NCBI GenBank assembly: GCA_964016885.1
Contig: OZ024745.1
Coordinates: forward strand, 18,166,001-18,230,000
Source: Eledone cirrhosa
Lineage: Eukaryota
Length of the DNA: 64,000 nucleotides
Direction of reading: 5' to 3'
In this document: in pieces, positions 1-14,213 of the stretch
Layout of the letters: each line of letters starts with the position of its first letter
Position numbering within the stretch: position 1 is the first letter of the stretch
The notes under the pieces: model-generated
Seen by the model: only the letters and a program-made list of their open reading frames with translations
The model's database searches: none
What the model was told of the DNA's origin: nothing
Made by a program: the position numbers and the translations under genes

Positions 1-310
1 AATACAAAATAAATTACTAGTTTAGTGTTTAAATAACACTGCAAAAACCTGAGAGAATTTGAAAAACGAAGAGGGGACTGTAAAGCGGAACCGTGAATAT
101 AAGCTTGTCATACTTGATTATCTAACTTATATCATCGTAGATACAAACCATCCCGTGCAGCAGTGACAAAATGCTTCAAACTAGTTTTAAAACTCCTCAG
201 AATTATACATGTATATATTTCATCTAGTTAGATAAAGCACATACCTGGATAAAGCGGACGTGGCATATGTATTATCAATAAATATTAAGAAGAGAATAGA
301 TATATGAATA

Positions 311-596
311 TAGTGGAACCTTAATTCGTTCCTGAAGGCTGTTCGTCAATCGAAATCTTCGTAAATCGAAACTATTTTTCCATAACGAAATGTTAATAGA
401 GAAATACTGAGAAAAAGAGAGAGAATGAGAGGGAGAGAGAGAAAGACAGTGAGTGAAAGATAGATAGATATCACCTTAGTAACTAACTACACAGCAAGTG
501 ACCTTTTCCCGCCGATACCCCAAGCTTATTGCCAACCGTTGTTGCTGGATTGCATGTTCGTTACCGGAGTCACCGTTCGTGAACCGAGGTTCCACT
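311..596. mobile_element. Tigger/pogo-like MITE
   Basis: Ends TAGTGGAACCT... and ...GTTCGTGAACCGAGGTTCCACTA are inverted and flanked by TA; the left TIR is partly deleted; no ORF. Confidence 0.6.
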
Positions 597-988
597 ATAT
601 ATATATAAATGTCGTTTCAGGAAACAGAACGAGACACGTCTTGGCAAGGCAATTATTGGAATTAAATAGGTTTAAAATGTAGAGCCTTTAGACGGCAAAA
701 TACTAGACCGGGAGAAAACTTCCAAACGACAGGGTAACTATCATAATGAAGGGAGAAAGCAATACACACAGACAGTTGATGCCGAGACACATTCGTGAGA
801 TTAGCAGGGAAACTACCAAGACCCAATGCTGTATTGATTAATTTTGATTATAACTGCTATGATGGTGGTTTAAGAGTTACATTCATTCACACTGCTCAGA
901 TCACCATGATGAGGATTAATGAAAGAGGAGCAGTAATTTTCTACAGTATCTCACGTATGCCTTTATTATCTGTCTTTCTTATCATAAA

Positions 989-1030
<42 letters not shown>

Positions 1031-1067
1031 CCCTCTCTCTCTATCTACCTATCTATCTATACATATA

Positions 1068-1148
1068 TATTAGGTCGTCAACTATGTAATTTGTAGACAT
1101 TTGTAGAAAAAAAGAATTTCTACAAATGTCATACTTGACGATCCAATA
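1068..1148. mobile_element. Tiny mariner-type MITE / foldback
   Basis: TATTAGGTCGTCAACTATG is an imperfect inverse of CATACTTGACGATCCAATA; inner IR GACATTTGTAGAAA/TTTCTACAAATGTC. Confidence 0.45.
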
Positions 1149-3114
1149 GTAACAATATCATAGGAAAATATTGTGCTACATGATAGCAACTTAGCTTTCA
1201 AAACACACAGTTAGTCAGTATATATTAATATATTTTCGACATTCTATGCTTTATATGAAATATTCCAAACTGAATTTCTCGGCTTGGACCGTCTAATATA
1301 TTCTAATAAGTACTCCTTTGAATCTCGGCAAAACATAATTACAAGAGCTAGAAGTAAAATATTTCATATACACTAAACTGTCACAACTATTTACTGAACT
1401 TGACCATATTAACATACAGAACTGCTTATACATTGAAATTTTACGTATGATTAGTAGAACAGTATTTCATACATTCATGTGTTTGTATCAGAGATGAATC
1501 CCTCCTCAACAGGATGGATAAACGATCATTGAGCAGACTGATGTGAAGGTACTGTGTCGAGAAAACGAACAACTTTTCTAACATACCATGTAATACTATA
1601 ATTTAATATAAATAAGTATACTTTAGAAAATGTAGTTTGAAGCACACTGTGCTTGAAATAATGATATGTTCATGGATAGAATATTTTAAAGATGTTTGGT
1701 TACAAAGTATCTTCTTGTCAAAGATTCAATGTTGCATTACAAAGAAGAGATTAATAAATCATCTGGGTTATATCTAAATGCCATGATGAAGGGAAGTGAA
1801 ATGTTACAGCAAAAATTCAATAGCTTTGAAACGTCAATAGTTTAGTGTCACGATACTTTATAGTAACGGCAAACCTACTCATATTTCTTTGATAATCTAA
1901 GGGTTTTAAGCTCGAACACGTTACTCTGTTCAGGAAGTATCTTCTATAGAGTATTATTAACTAATGCTTGGGATTATAATTAGTTGTACAAAAGTCGAGC
2001 GGAAACCCATGGCGCGTATATGTGTAAGCGTGCGAACACACATCGTATTTAATAATGTCCAATTAATTTAGTCAATAAATCTATAGATCGATGAAATAGT
2101 TATCTGACAGAAATGTGGACTGTAGTTCATTTAATTAAGTAAAACCTTGTATGCGTTGTTGTGTACGAATTTGAAAATATCAGAGGTGATCTTTTGAGAG
2201 AAGACCGAGTGGACCGCTAGTAACATATCTCGCCAACGTATTTAGACATATATTTGTATTCTCAACTCAAACTCGAAAGAGAAATGATGTGGCGTTACGC
2301 TTCAACACTGAAAACTTACATTTGTTTAATCAGACTTCAGTATAATTTCAAAGTCGTTCGAGACATGGAAATATTTATTGCTTTCTATAATACGAAATAC
2401 ATTATAAAAAGTGTCCTGCCTTAACACTATAGCTGTGTCGTGGTTGTGGAATGTGCTTGCTATTTCTATTAAAAGGATACCCCCATATGCTCTGCAACCA
2501 GTTTAGCCAACAATTTATAGATATGTAATCTGAGCCAATTCAGTTTCGGTGCTTAAATACATATAGTTTGTTTCCTTTCTCACCTCTCTTTAATTTTGGA
2601 GAGTGAGATATTCCATCTATTTTAATAAAATAGAATAAGGTGAGCGAGATTTTTCTTTCCTTACTATAGCAATACTCATTAATATTTTATATTCCCATTT
2701 CAGTATATAATACGGATCAGCAGGTTTGGTTGGTTCATATTGCTGTTGAGATATTTCGATGGATAGATAACTCTGCCTCCTATATATGTTTGCCAATACG
2801 ACAATAAAAGTTAGATTGGCAGAATGGTGGTGATAAAGAATAAAATAATCGGGTAGATCACATAACATATTTTAAAGGGACATGGCACTATGGTTTAAAC
2901 ACTTAAATGCTTCTAGATTTAAATTATTTGGATCAAATGCAATTTATATCTCACCCATATAAAAGAATTTGGATGCTAGTTCACACGATTTTGCAGTATA
3001 AACTTCGTTTGGCAATTGGTTTAAAAGCTGAGTAAATGACACAGTGTGTATAATATATATATATATATATATATATATGGGGGGGGGGGGGGTGAATATG
3101 TATATTCATATCTA

Positions 3115-3149
<35 letters not shown>

Positions 3150-3204
3150 GGAGAGAGTATGAATATGGCATTTTGCATGTGTGTAGGTGAAAGTTTCTGT
3201 TTTT

Positions 3205-3342
<138 letters not shown>

Positions 3343-3514
3343 AATATATGTATGTAAGTATGTATATATATATATATATATTTATATATGTCTTCTTTCT
3401 TGGTTGTCCATCGTAAACGATGATGACATAAGTATGATGTATGTATGTATATATATATATATATGCGTGTGTGTGTGTATGTGTGTGTGTGTGTGTATTA
3501 CAATAACAGACAAA

Positions 3515-3565
3515 AGTTTAAGCAAAGAATCGGTGCTTTCACCCTTAACGGGATCTTCTGAAACT
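3515..3565 (-). ncRNA. Hammerhead-like motif, U4A variant (repeat family B)
   Basis: Minus strand agttt-CAGAAGA-tccc gttaa gggt-GAA-agca ccgattctt tgct-T-aaact; same family at about 24.3, 38.7 and 55.3 kb. Confidence 0.55.
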
Positions 3566-4504
3566 AAAATAAATCAATATGTTAACGCAGAAGTAAATAT
3601 TTCGAAAAACGTTGCAACCGAAGGAAAACAGGAAGAGGATACTTTGGTTAGTAAAGACGTTCCTTGGCAATGAACGAAAAAAAAGAGAATATAATACGTC
3701 GTTATGTGGAGCGTTGAGAACAATTACACACAAAGACTAATATTCTATATAGGAAACCGAATGATTCTCAGCTTCAGAGTTAAGAATAATGTAAATAAAT
3801 TTGTTGAAGGAAAATGTTATTGAAATCCTAAAAGTAAAAATAATTAAAATTTAAAATTTAGTCTGCAAAGTTTCACAGTCTGTCCACAAATATAAGTAAG
3901 TTAAACGATTCACTATACGCTTATAGAGTGACAACAATAGAATATACGGGGTTAAATACACAATGTATCTTCACAAAAGGTAGAAGTTACAAACAGAGAA
4001 TAGAAAATTCGAATAACTGCTGAAACCTTATAGAAATCAATTGAGAGAAAGTTTATTTCCTCACCACTCTACCAATTCCACGGAAAAGATATTGAGGGCA
4101 TTGCTGAGCGACACAGCGTGTAATACCCATCTCATGGAGCTCTTTCCTAGGACGGGATGCCCGCCTCCAAAGAGTGTATAGAAGCGGAAATTAACGTTTC
4201 TGTCTGGGATATAAATATTTGTTTACATTTTCGCATACATCTCAACGATATTCTCAATGGACGCGCTCACAATATTTGAATATAACTGAACCGTCGTACC
4301 ATTTAATTTACACAAACTCACAATTTCTGATCTTACTGTGGATTTACCCCTGCGTAATATTACATAAACTCACAGCCTTAAATTTTCAGCAGCAGCATCA
4401 GAATGAAATGAACATCACGAGGAACAACAGCAACAACTTCAAGTGCGACCACCATCAATGCCAGCGATCAGGCATCAAGAAAACAACAACTATACAGCGA
4501 TTGT

Positions 4505-4606
4505 CTCAGCGCATTGCTGGTGCCTTGTTTTGTCGGCTCGGTGGGGTTAAAGGACAGGGTTGACCTCGGCGGGATTTGGGCCCGGAGTGTGGAGGGCCGT
4601 AGCTCT
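4505..4606 (-). mobile_element. tRNA-derived SINE fragment, heavily A-to-G substituted on the + strand
   Basis: Aligns by eye to SINE copies at 19727-19790 (reverse complement), 39708-39747 and 45283-45350. Confidence 0.65.
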
Positions 4607-4899
4607 ATGTTGAACAGTAACACACGGTTTCAATTATACGAACTCTTTCGTACTAGTCGACAGTTGAACCCCCTGTTCCCCCCACCACTCTTTGTTTTGT
4701 TTTTTCTCTTTTGTACATTTATCCATTCACTCATTTATTTGCTGACACTCTACCTTCTTGTGTGTCCCTCTACATGCACCCCCTTCTTTTCTCCCTTGTC
4801 ATCTGACGCCTCTATATCTGACGTAGGTGAGCTATGGGGCCCTATTACCAGCACTTTTCCTTCCACCCACACACGCCAGCAACTCACACCTGATTCCGC

Positions 4900-7790
4900 A
4901 CGGTGACCCAGTCCCTGGACCCTCGCCGCATCCCCCATCCCTTCAACCTGACACCTGCAGCATCTGCAGCAACACTAACAGACGGAAGAGGGGGCGGAAC
5001 TGTTCGGGCTGCGGCTGCTTCCACCACCTCACCTGTGTTGGCTTGTCACGTCGAACCTCCAGTGCCCTCGCAGCGTGGTGATGCAGGAACTGCATCTTCT
5101 CCTCGCCTTCCCAGCCATGGCCGAACGGCACACCACCAGATGAGACAGCGTTCTTGATTGACACCCAAGCCTCGCTGGTCAACATCGCTCGGCTCAGGCG
5201 GCTCCGGAAGATCCCACTCATGATCCCTAGAGCGGCCCGGGTGCCGGTAGCCCATGCCCTCGCCTCCTCGTATGAGAGCACCCTGGACTCCAATCGAGCC
5301 ATCAACTGGGAGCGACTTTTTCATTTGGCCCCACTCGCACTCGAGCTCCCCAGCTCTGGCGTTGACCGGGGCGGCCGGTCGACAGCTGCCTTCGCCAAGG
5401 CTACATTTCGTCCTTTGGACAAGCGCCCATTCCAAGCGTGCCCAAGACGCCACACACCCCACCCTCGGGTACTCCCAACCCTCCACCCCTGAGGCCAAAG
5501 CTAAGAATTTGCGTGACCGCGTAAATGCTAAATTAATCATGGGTGATGTCTCGGCCGCAGTCAGAGTGGTAGCCTCAGAGGACACCGTCCTCCAGCCCAC
5601 CGAGGAGGTTCTGAATGCCCTCCGACTTAAGCACCCTGAGCCACCCACTGATCTCAGCCCCATACCCCCACCCGTCCCGCACTTGCTCCTTGTGGCTTCT
5701 GATGCAGACATCATGTCCGCCATCAAGTCCTTCCCAGCTAGCAGCAGCGCAGGTGTTGAAGGTCTCCGACCAGGCCACCTCAAGGAGCACCTATCGCCCC
5801 TCTCCACTGAGGCCGGGCGCCGCATCCTGAGTGCAACTGTGGGGCTCACCAATAGGCTCATCCATGGCACCCTGGACCCTCACGCCCGAGGCCTCCTTTT
5901 TTCGGCTAGCCTCACAGCTCTTAGGAAGAAAGAGGGTGGTATACACCCCATCGCCGTGGGCAATGTCTTCTAGAGGCTGGCTGCTAAGGTGGTCTGCAGG
6001 TACATAGCACCCGAACTTGGTGGGGGAGTTCAGTCCGGAGCAACTGGGTGTCGGCGTGTCCGGTGGCTGTGTGTGTGTGTGGGGAGGGCGCACATTCAAC
6101 CAGGAAGTTCTTTAACAGCTGCCCACCGGAACCAGCATCCAGGGACTCCGGGCACCTCATTGTTAAGCTTGACAGGAGGAATGCCTTCAACTGCTTACGC
6201 CGGGACCATCTGCTCCGATCCCCCGCTGCCTACCCGCTGCCCTACCTGTCGTATGGTGCCCCCAGCATGCTCTTTGCTGCTGATACGTTCATAACTTCGG
6301 CCACTGGGGTCTAACAGGGCGACCCTTTGGGGCCCCTCCTGTTTGCCCTTGGTATAGACCACATCGACCGGAGTATCACCGCCCCTCTCATTGTTTGGTA
6401 TCTGGATGTTTTCTAAGTTGGGCGGGCCCGTACAGACTGTCTGCCATGACCTACAATATGTGGTTCCTGCCCTGGCAGGTATCGGCCACCAGGTCAACTC
6501 GGCTAAGTCGGAGGTGGTGAACATCAGCCACGATGCTGAGAGCTTTGCAGCCTCCGTCTCGGACGTGCGGTCCATTCTCTACCAGGTACAGGTGACCCCT
6601 AAAGAGGATGTCCTCAGCCTCGTGTCACTGATCCATCCGCTGGCCATCCGCTCCACCATCAGGTCCAGACTTCAACAACTCCAGACACTCAAGAGCCGAC
6701 TAGGCTTGGTCGACGGCTACCCAGCCCTCTTTCTGTTGAGGAACTACTTCGCCATGCCGAAGCTCCTCTATACCCTTCGCAACGCTCCATGCTACACTCA
6801 CACATCTCTCGTTGCTGACCTCGATACTTGTATCCGAGAAGCAGCCGAGGAGATATGTAACGTCAAGTTTGACGTCATTGGATGGCAACAGGCCACTTTA
6901 CCTGTCAGGTATGGCGGCCTTGGGCTCCGGTCCCCGATCTCACTGGCGCTGCCGGCGTATCTTTCGTCGGTAACCTTGTGCCGCGTCCTCGTCAGCAGGG
7001 TTCTCCAAAACACAATAGAACCCTTTGTGTTGAGAGAACGTGAGGCCACCTGTGAGACGTGGGACAGGCTGGGACACGGCCCAGTAGACGTCTCTCCTCC
7101 TTCTCCACCTCTTGACGTCAAGTCCCTCCAACGCACTTGGGATGCCATCCAGTGCAGCCTGGCCTGAGGCAGGCTCACGCGCTACTTTGTCTACGGCCTC
7201 CAAACCCCACAGTGGTGCATGGTTCCAAGCCCTGCTCTCCTTCTCCACTGGCATGCAGCTAGACAATTATAGCCTGCGCATTGGCGTTTCCTTGAGGCTC
7301 GGATTCTGGATATGCGAGCCACACCAATTTCGCTGCGGAACCACAGTGGGCCCTTTCGGCCTCCTCCCGCTTTCCTTCGCCACAGTGCCGGCCGCCTTCC
7401 ACGCCATGCTGCCCTCAACGAGGTCATAAAGCATGGCTTGGACGCTGCAGTCGTCCCTTCCCAGCTCGAGCCGGTGAGGCTGGACCATCGCGGAACGGCA
7501 AAAGGCCGTTCCGCGATGGTAAACCTCTCGTCTGGGATGCCACTTGCACCGTCATTTTCTGCAGCCGCAACCTGGTTCAGTCTGCGATTAACGCGGGTTC
7601 TGATGCACGTCGGGCTGAGGAAGTTAAACTCCTCAAATACCGGTCGCTCTCCGACAGGTTTGCGGTTGTACCCCTGGCAGTGGAGACTGCTGGTGTCCTG
7701 GGGCTACCTCCCTACTCACCACCATAGGCGCTGAGCTGGCCAGCCGCAGGTCTGAGCTCCACGAGCTCAGTACTGCGGCTGGCCACATCG
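4900..7790 (+). mobile_element. Decayed CRE-clade (RLE-type) non-LTR retrotransposon
   Basis: PHD-like CSIC..CSGC..HHLTC..W*CRNC (about 4950-5095); RT motifs SSAGVEGLRPGHL, IHPIAVGNVF, KLDRRNAFN, GV*QGDPLGPLLF, WYLD, ATLPVRYGGLG; C-terminal RHAALNE, GKPLVWDATC, PLAVETAGVLG. Many stops and frameshifts; GC-rich relative to flanks. Confidence 0.88.
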
Positions 7791-8154
7791 ATATATACGT
7801 ACATACACGTGCATACGCGAAAACACACGGCATGTCTATACATGCACGTACAATTAAACACGCGCACGCAGAACGTAAACCGGCGCGACACATATACCGA
7901 CATACGTACGAACATATACACCAAATACACATATAAATATATGTGTGTATGAGTTTATACATATAATTATATATAAATATACACGCATAAATGCGAATAG
8001 GACACACATACCAACATACATACATATGTTAACAAAACGTACATATACCCACCATACACACCATACATACGTGCAAACACACATACACACTCGTACATAC
8101 CCATATACACACATATATAAAACGTAAAACAACTCATACACATGCCCCACGAAA

Positions 8155-9398
<1,244 letters not shown>

Positions 9399-9400
<2 letters not shown>

Positions 9401-9670
9401 ATTGGAAAACGTGTGAGATCCTTGGTAAAGTTAGGTATATTTGAAAAAAAGGAAAAGAATTACTTCACCTGTAGTGTTAAAACATTTATGCACACACACA
9501 CACACAATATATATATATATATATATTATACTATATTATATTATATTATATATATATATGATATATTATAACATTAAATCATTAATTTTCTAACACTACA
9601 AGTGAAGTCATTCTTTTCCTTTTTTTCAAATATACCTAACTTTACCAAGGATCTCACACATTTTCCAATA
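9399..9670. repeat. Inverted repeat (about 83-bp arms) in (TA)n
   Basis: 9399-9482 (TATTGGAAAACGTGTGAGATCCTTGGTAAAG...) is the inverse of 9586-9670. Confidence 0.85.
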
Positions 9671-9707
9671 TATATATATATATATATCTATATATCTATA
9701 TATCTAT

Positions 9708-10188
9708 ATTGTTATATTTGGGGACTATACACACACGCAAACGCATGCGCAAAGAAGACAAAATAAAATAAGATAAACAAACAAGCAAATAAATAAATAA
9801 ATATATAGACAGACTGAACAAAAAAAATGGCGTAGACATACAACACAACAGGAGGAACAATGAATATAACACCACTGACGATGTTGCAGATGTGCAACGA
9901 AAGATTTATGTAAATTATGTAAACTATATATATATGTGTTTGTCTATATTGTATCTGTATTATTTTTGACCGCCGGTCAGTCAATGGCAACATTGAGGAC
10001 CGAGTAAGTTAGATCGCAGATATATATATATAAAAGACAGCGAGAAGCGAAAACCAACCAAACAGTGAGTGTGTTCTGTTATTAATTCTGGCAATATTAC
10101 GCAAATATGACCCTCCCCAAATATAACAATATCTGTTTCGACACACGATTTCATATAAAAAACCTCGCAAAACTAATTCATCGCCGCT
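9708..10188 (+). mobile_element. Solo pseudo-LTR of the PLE family at 20.5-23.9 kb
   Basis: Matches about 23520-23940; ends ...AATTCATCGCCG then TA; preceded by a 17-bp inverted stub ATTGTTATATTTGGGGA. Confidence 0.85.
9871..9905 (+). ncRNA. Minimal hammerhead core in pLTR
   Basis: CTGACGA-t-gttgca gatg tgcaac-GAAA; mutated counterparts at about 23645 (+) and 20715-20745 (-). Confidence 0.6.
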
Positions 10189-10478
10189 ATATATCTATAT
10201 ATATATATATATAAACGGAAAAAATGAAACGAAATTTCATATCTCACTCTTAGTACGGCTGTTACTTAAATATAAGTATGTACACGTATATACATATGTG
10301 TATACAGACGTACAGTAGTACGGCCGAGTGCACCGAAAACGATAAACGTTTCATTTTTTATGTTTATCGTTTTCGGTGCACCCAGCCGATTAACCCACTC
10401 GATATGCAAATTGGGCTACTCAGCCCTTAATATGCATAAGGTAAGTATATACATTCAACAATCTGGCAGGAAGGTATA

Positions 10479-10519
10479 CGTTGCTGACGATAGCTAATAA
10501 GCTTGAAACTAGTACAGCG
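10479..10519 (+). ncRNA. Minimal type I hammerhead ribozyme
   Basis: cgttg-CTGACGA-t agct aata agct t-GAAAC-ta-GTA-cagcg; 5-bp stem I, palindromic stem III (ACTAGT), GUA site. Confidence 0.85.
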
Positions 10520-10727
10520 TTCCTTTGTCAGTGTTGAACAAACGAGCAACGATGGTTGCTGGACACTACGGCTTTATACGGGATATTTGTTTACAAACAC
10601 ACCAAGCATTATAATAAATGTTCGGTGAATCCATACGTACATATATATATATATGTGTGCGTGTATGTATATATATATACATACTACTGAACGTCTGTAT
10701 ACATATATGTATGTACGTGTACATACT

Positions 10728-10758
<31 letters not shown>

Positions 10759-10874
10759 TGTATATAGTAGTATGTGTCTGTGAATATGGTTATGTGTATT
10801 TTGTGGTGGTGTGTGTATATTTGTATGTGTATACATGTGTGTATGTGTTTATATATTTATAGATATGATGTAAC

Positions 10875-10915
<41 letters not shown>

Positions 10916-10917
10916 AA

Positions 10918-11136
10918 GGACGATCGACTTTCGTCAAATCGGACCGAGGGAACAATGTTTCCGTTGGTCTTTCCAATTGCTAATACTATCTGTCGGTTGC
11001 AACTCCAGGTAGAAGGAGCAACGTGAAATAAAGTGTCTTGCTCAAGGACATAACGCATCACCTGGTCCAGGAATCGAACTAACAACCTTACGATTGCGAA
11101 TCCAATTCCCTAACCACTCAGCCACACGCCTTCACC
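10918..11136 (-). mobile_element. tRNA-derived SINE with CORE-like domain
   Basis: Minus strand A box GTGGCTGAGTGG, B box AGTTCGATTCC, then CCTTGAGCAAGACACTT; same family as 17034-17357. Confidence 0.8.
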
Positions 11137-12294
11137 AAGTTACATGTTACATCATTTAATCATTTCTAGGTACATATATGTTCATCAAATCCTGCAATAT
11201 ACAATTTAATTAATACTCAATTTCACTAAAATCTCAAGTTACTTAGTGAGAACACAAACTTTCTTTATTCAGAAATTTGTTCTATCATCTGATAAGAATC
11301 CTGATTATGTATGACTCAGATAGAGTCAAGGAGAGTATATATCCATTTATCACTCGATTGCAGATACTATCAGTTGTTTACAACTTCCATCTGAACTATC
11401 GCCACTTTAGAATGTATAAAAGACAGAATTTGAAACCAGAATTAACATATCTAAAGCATAAACTGCAAAGTAATCCCTCTGACTCTTTGAATATTCAGCG
11501 TATCTACCACCTTTGCCTCCTGCTTTGTTTAACGAACCCAAAATTATGGTACGTAAATTTGTCTTCGGCAACTTTGCAAACATATAGGTGGGACATATAA
11601 CGAGGCATTTAAGCTGACGTTTCAATAACTGTTGATTTGCTATCTATTTTGCCATATTTAAGGTTACCCCATGTCTTATCTACAACTAAAATCCATGAAA
11701 ATAGGTTATTTTTCAATAAGATATGTAGTCCTGCTTTCAGAATATTACATTAAAATATTTACATTTACTTTATCGAATGGATAAATTATATTCAAATATA
11801 TTCTAAGATGATTATGACTGTGTTAGTCACATTGAACAAGGAATGTCCTATATGTGTTGCAATTCTCAATATGGCACTGTTTAAATATACAATAGATGTT
11901 TCTGTTTGTATCCACGCGCGTTGGTTTATATTATATTCAAAAGAGAAATGGATTCATTCACATTCTAGATGGAAATGAAATAACATTATATATTTTACTG
12001 AAAATCTAAATACAAAGAATATATATTTCAAATTAAAATTGATAGATTTGCATTTTATACTTAGAATGATGGAAGGTAATTGAGATGGCGGTGGCTTTCA
12101 ATCATTGCATGACATAGAAACATATTCAATGGCTGGAAAATTGAAATAAGTCATCAGAGTTTGATATAGAAATCTGATGTTGAAATCTTTAACCTCAGCG
12201 ATAATGAAATTTATTCTTTCCAACTTAAACTATTGAACAGTACTTAATTTCAATGGATGAACAAGAGAGGAAATAGTACAAAACTTATGAGTAA

Positions 12295-12498
12295 TTCAGT
12301 TTTCAGTGAATGCATACCAAAAACAAATGTATGAAAATTTACTTCCTTTATATGAAACATATATTTGCATATATGTAAACATTGGTATTAAGTTTCATCT
12401 GAAGGATGTTGCCTTTAAGAATTCTAAATGAAAATATGTTTCATATAAAGGAAGTAAATTTTCATACATGTTTCTTTATGCATTCACTGAAAACTGAA
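12295..12498. repeat. Inverted repeat (about 70-bp arms)
   Basis: TTCAGTTTTCAGTGAATGCATA...ATGAAACATAT is the inverse of ATATGTTTCAT...TATGCATTCACTGAAAACTGAA. Confidence 0.85.
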
Positions 12499-12530
12499 CA
12501 TAACAATAGAATATTATCTTAGTTAATAAT

Positions 12531-12568
12531 CCCAAATATTTTCGGGTTTAAAAACCCATTATCAAGGG
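12531..12568 (-). ncRNA. Minimal hammerhead, U3-A8 variant
   Basis: ccc-TTGATAA-t gggttt tt aaaccc-GAAAA-ta-TTT-ggg. Confidence 0.65.
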
Positions 12569-12695
12569 AGTACCCCTGTGGGGGTCTTAACGGATTGATC
12601 GGAGATGATTTGCTAGCAGGCCAGATTAAATTTGCTAAGGTAAATTTCTATTGTTATTTGGCAATTTTAATTTTCTAGTGCATTGAATGGCTTTC

Positions 12696-12736
<41 letters not shown>

Positions 12737-12886
12737 TAGGATTGGTGCTCTGAAATAGCGTGTATATATGTATAGTATATTTGGCAATATACTGTATGCT
12801 TAAATAAAAATATTTTTAAAACTTTGCGCTACTATTTTAAAGTAGTGACTATGTCACTTACTTCTTTTTTCAGCAAAGGAAGGGAG

Positions 12887-12934
12887 ATAAGCTGACAGAT
12901 CTGTTTCACACTGTTGGTGTTCATCAGGGCCTAG
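12887..12934 (-). ncRNA. Minimal type I hammerhead ribozyme
   Basis: taggcc-CTGATGA-acac caaca gtgt-GAAAC-agatct-GTC-agctta; palindromic stem III ACAGATCTGT. Confidence 0.82.
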
Positions 12935-13098
12935 CACTCGCCGACCTTTGCCGAAATTATAGAGGCTGGTTTCTCATAGAATTCCAGTAATAATCATGAA
13001 CTGATTATACAGAGCGGACGCCGGTCCAGCCATATATATATATACAGCTGTGTGTATTACATATATTTATTTATATATATATATACATATATATATAC

Positions 13099-13185
<87 letters not shown>

Positions 13186-13723
13186 GTGTGTGTGTGTGTG
13201 TGAATGTATATATATATATGAATATTTATGTGTCTGTAGGTGGGTGTGCGATTTTGCATACTAAACTAACGGAAGACACGATAATGTCACAAGGGTGTGA
13301 GCAGAAAATGAATACATACGAGATATATACATCGCAAAGCGTTATAATCATACTAACCAAACGTTATCACAGATATTTAGACAGTCTCTGTATTTAAGTT
13401 TCAACAAAGCAGTTGAAATCATGTCAATTACTAAACAAGTGGAACTGCGACATTTTATTTTCTGTATTTCATTAATATAATATGAAATCATATATCGTCT
13501 ATTATGGCTATCTCCTATCATGGAAATGTATCTATTCAAACTTGTTCTTCTTTCAACATAGATTTATTTCAAATTATATTATATCCTTATCAAAACTTCA
13601 TTAATATAAAGGATCTGTCTACAATGATTGTTGGCGTCTAGGAAAGTGTTAAATAATTTGTAAAGCAATATTATAGCCAAATCTCATATCAATGAAAACA
13701 TTTAATAGATCACATATGATGTT

Positions 13724-13774
<51 letters not shown>

Positions 13775-14071
13775 TTTTTCATTTAGTGGAATATAACCAG
13801 TAAAAGTAATTACGGTAATAGAAAATTCAATAAGCAACTCTATAATATTATTATTGAGAACTTATTGTTGAGTACCTCCAGCAATATGTTAGTATCATTC
13901 AGTACAGTTCATTTTTTAATAGGATAGTTCAGACATAGTTCAGATATATATTACACATATACATTTTTAGACTTTTACAACAAGAAATCCAAGCAATATT
14001 GTTAAAATCTTCAGGACGTCTCGCGCCAAATTAACTGTAATTATATATGATCAATCCTCTCCACATTTTAT

Positions 14072-14173
<102 letters not shown>

Positions 14174-14213
14174 CAAATGTGGAGCGGAAGCGCACAAGTT
14201 AGGATATATATAT

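Noticed and set aside
5046-5870. 274-aa minus-strand ORF
   Set aside because: Antisense shadow of the GC-rich CRE reading frame.
11060-11136. Functional tRNA gene
   Set aside because: A/B boxes continue directly into a SINE body shared with 17034-17357; no intact cloverleaf.
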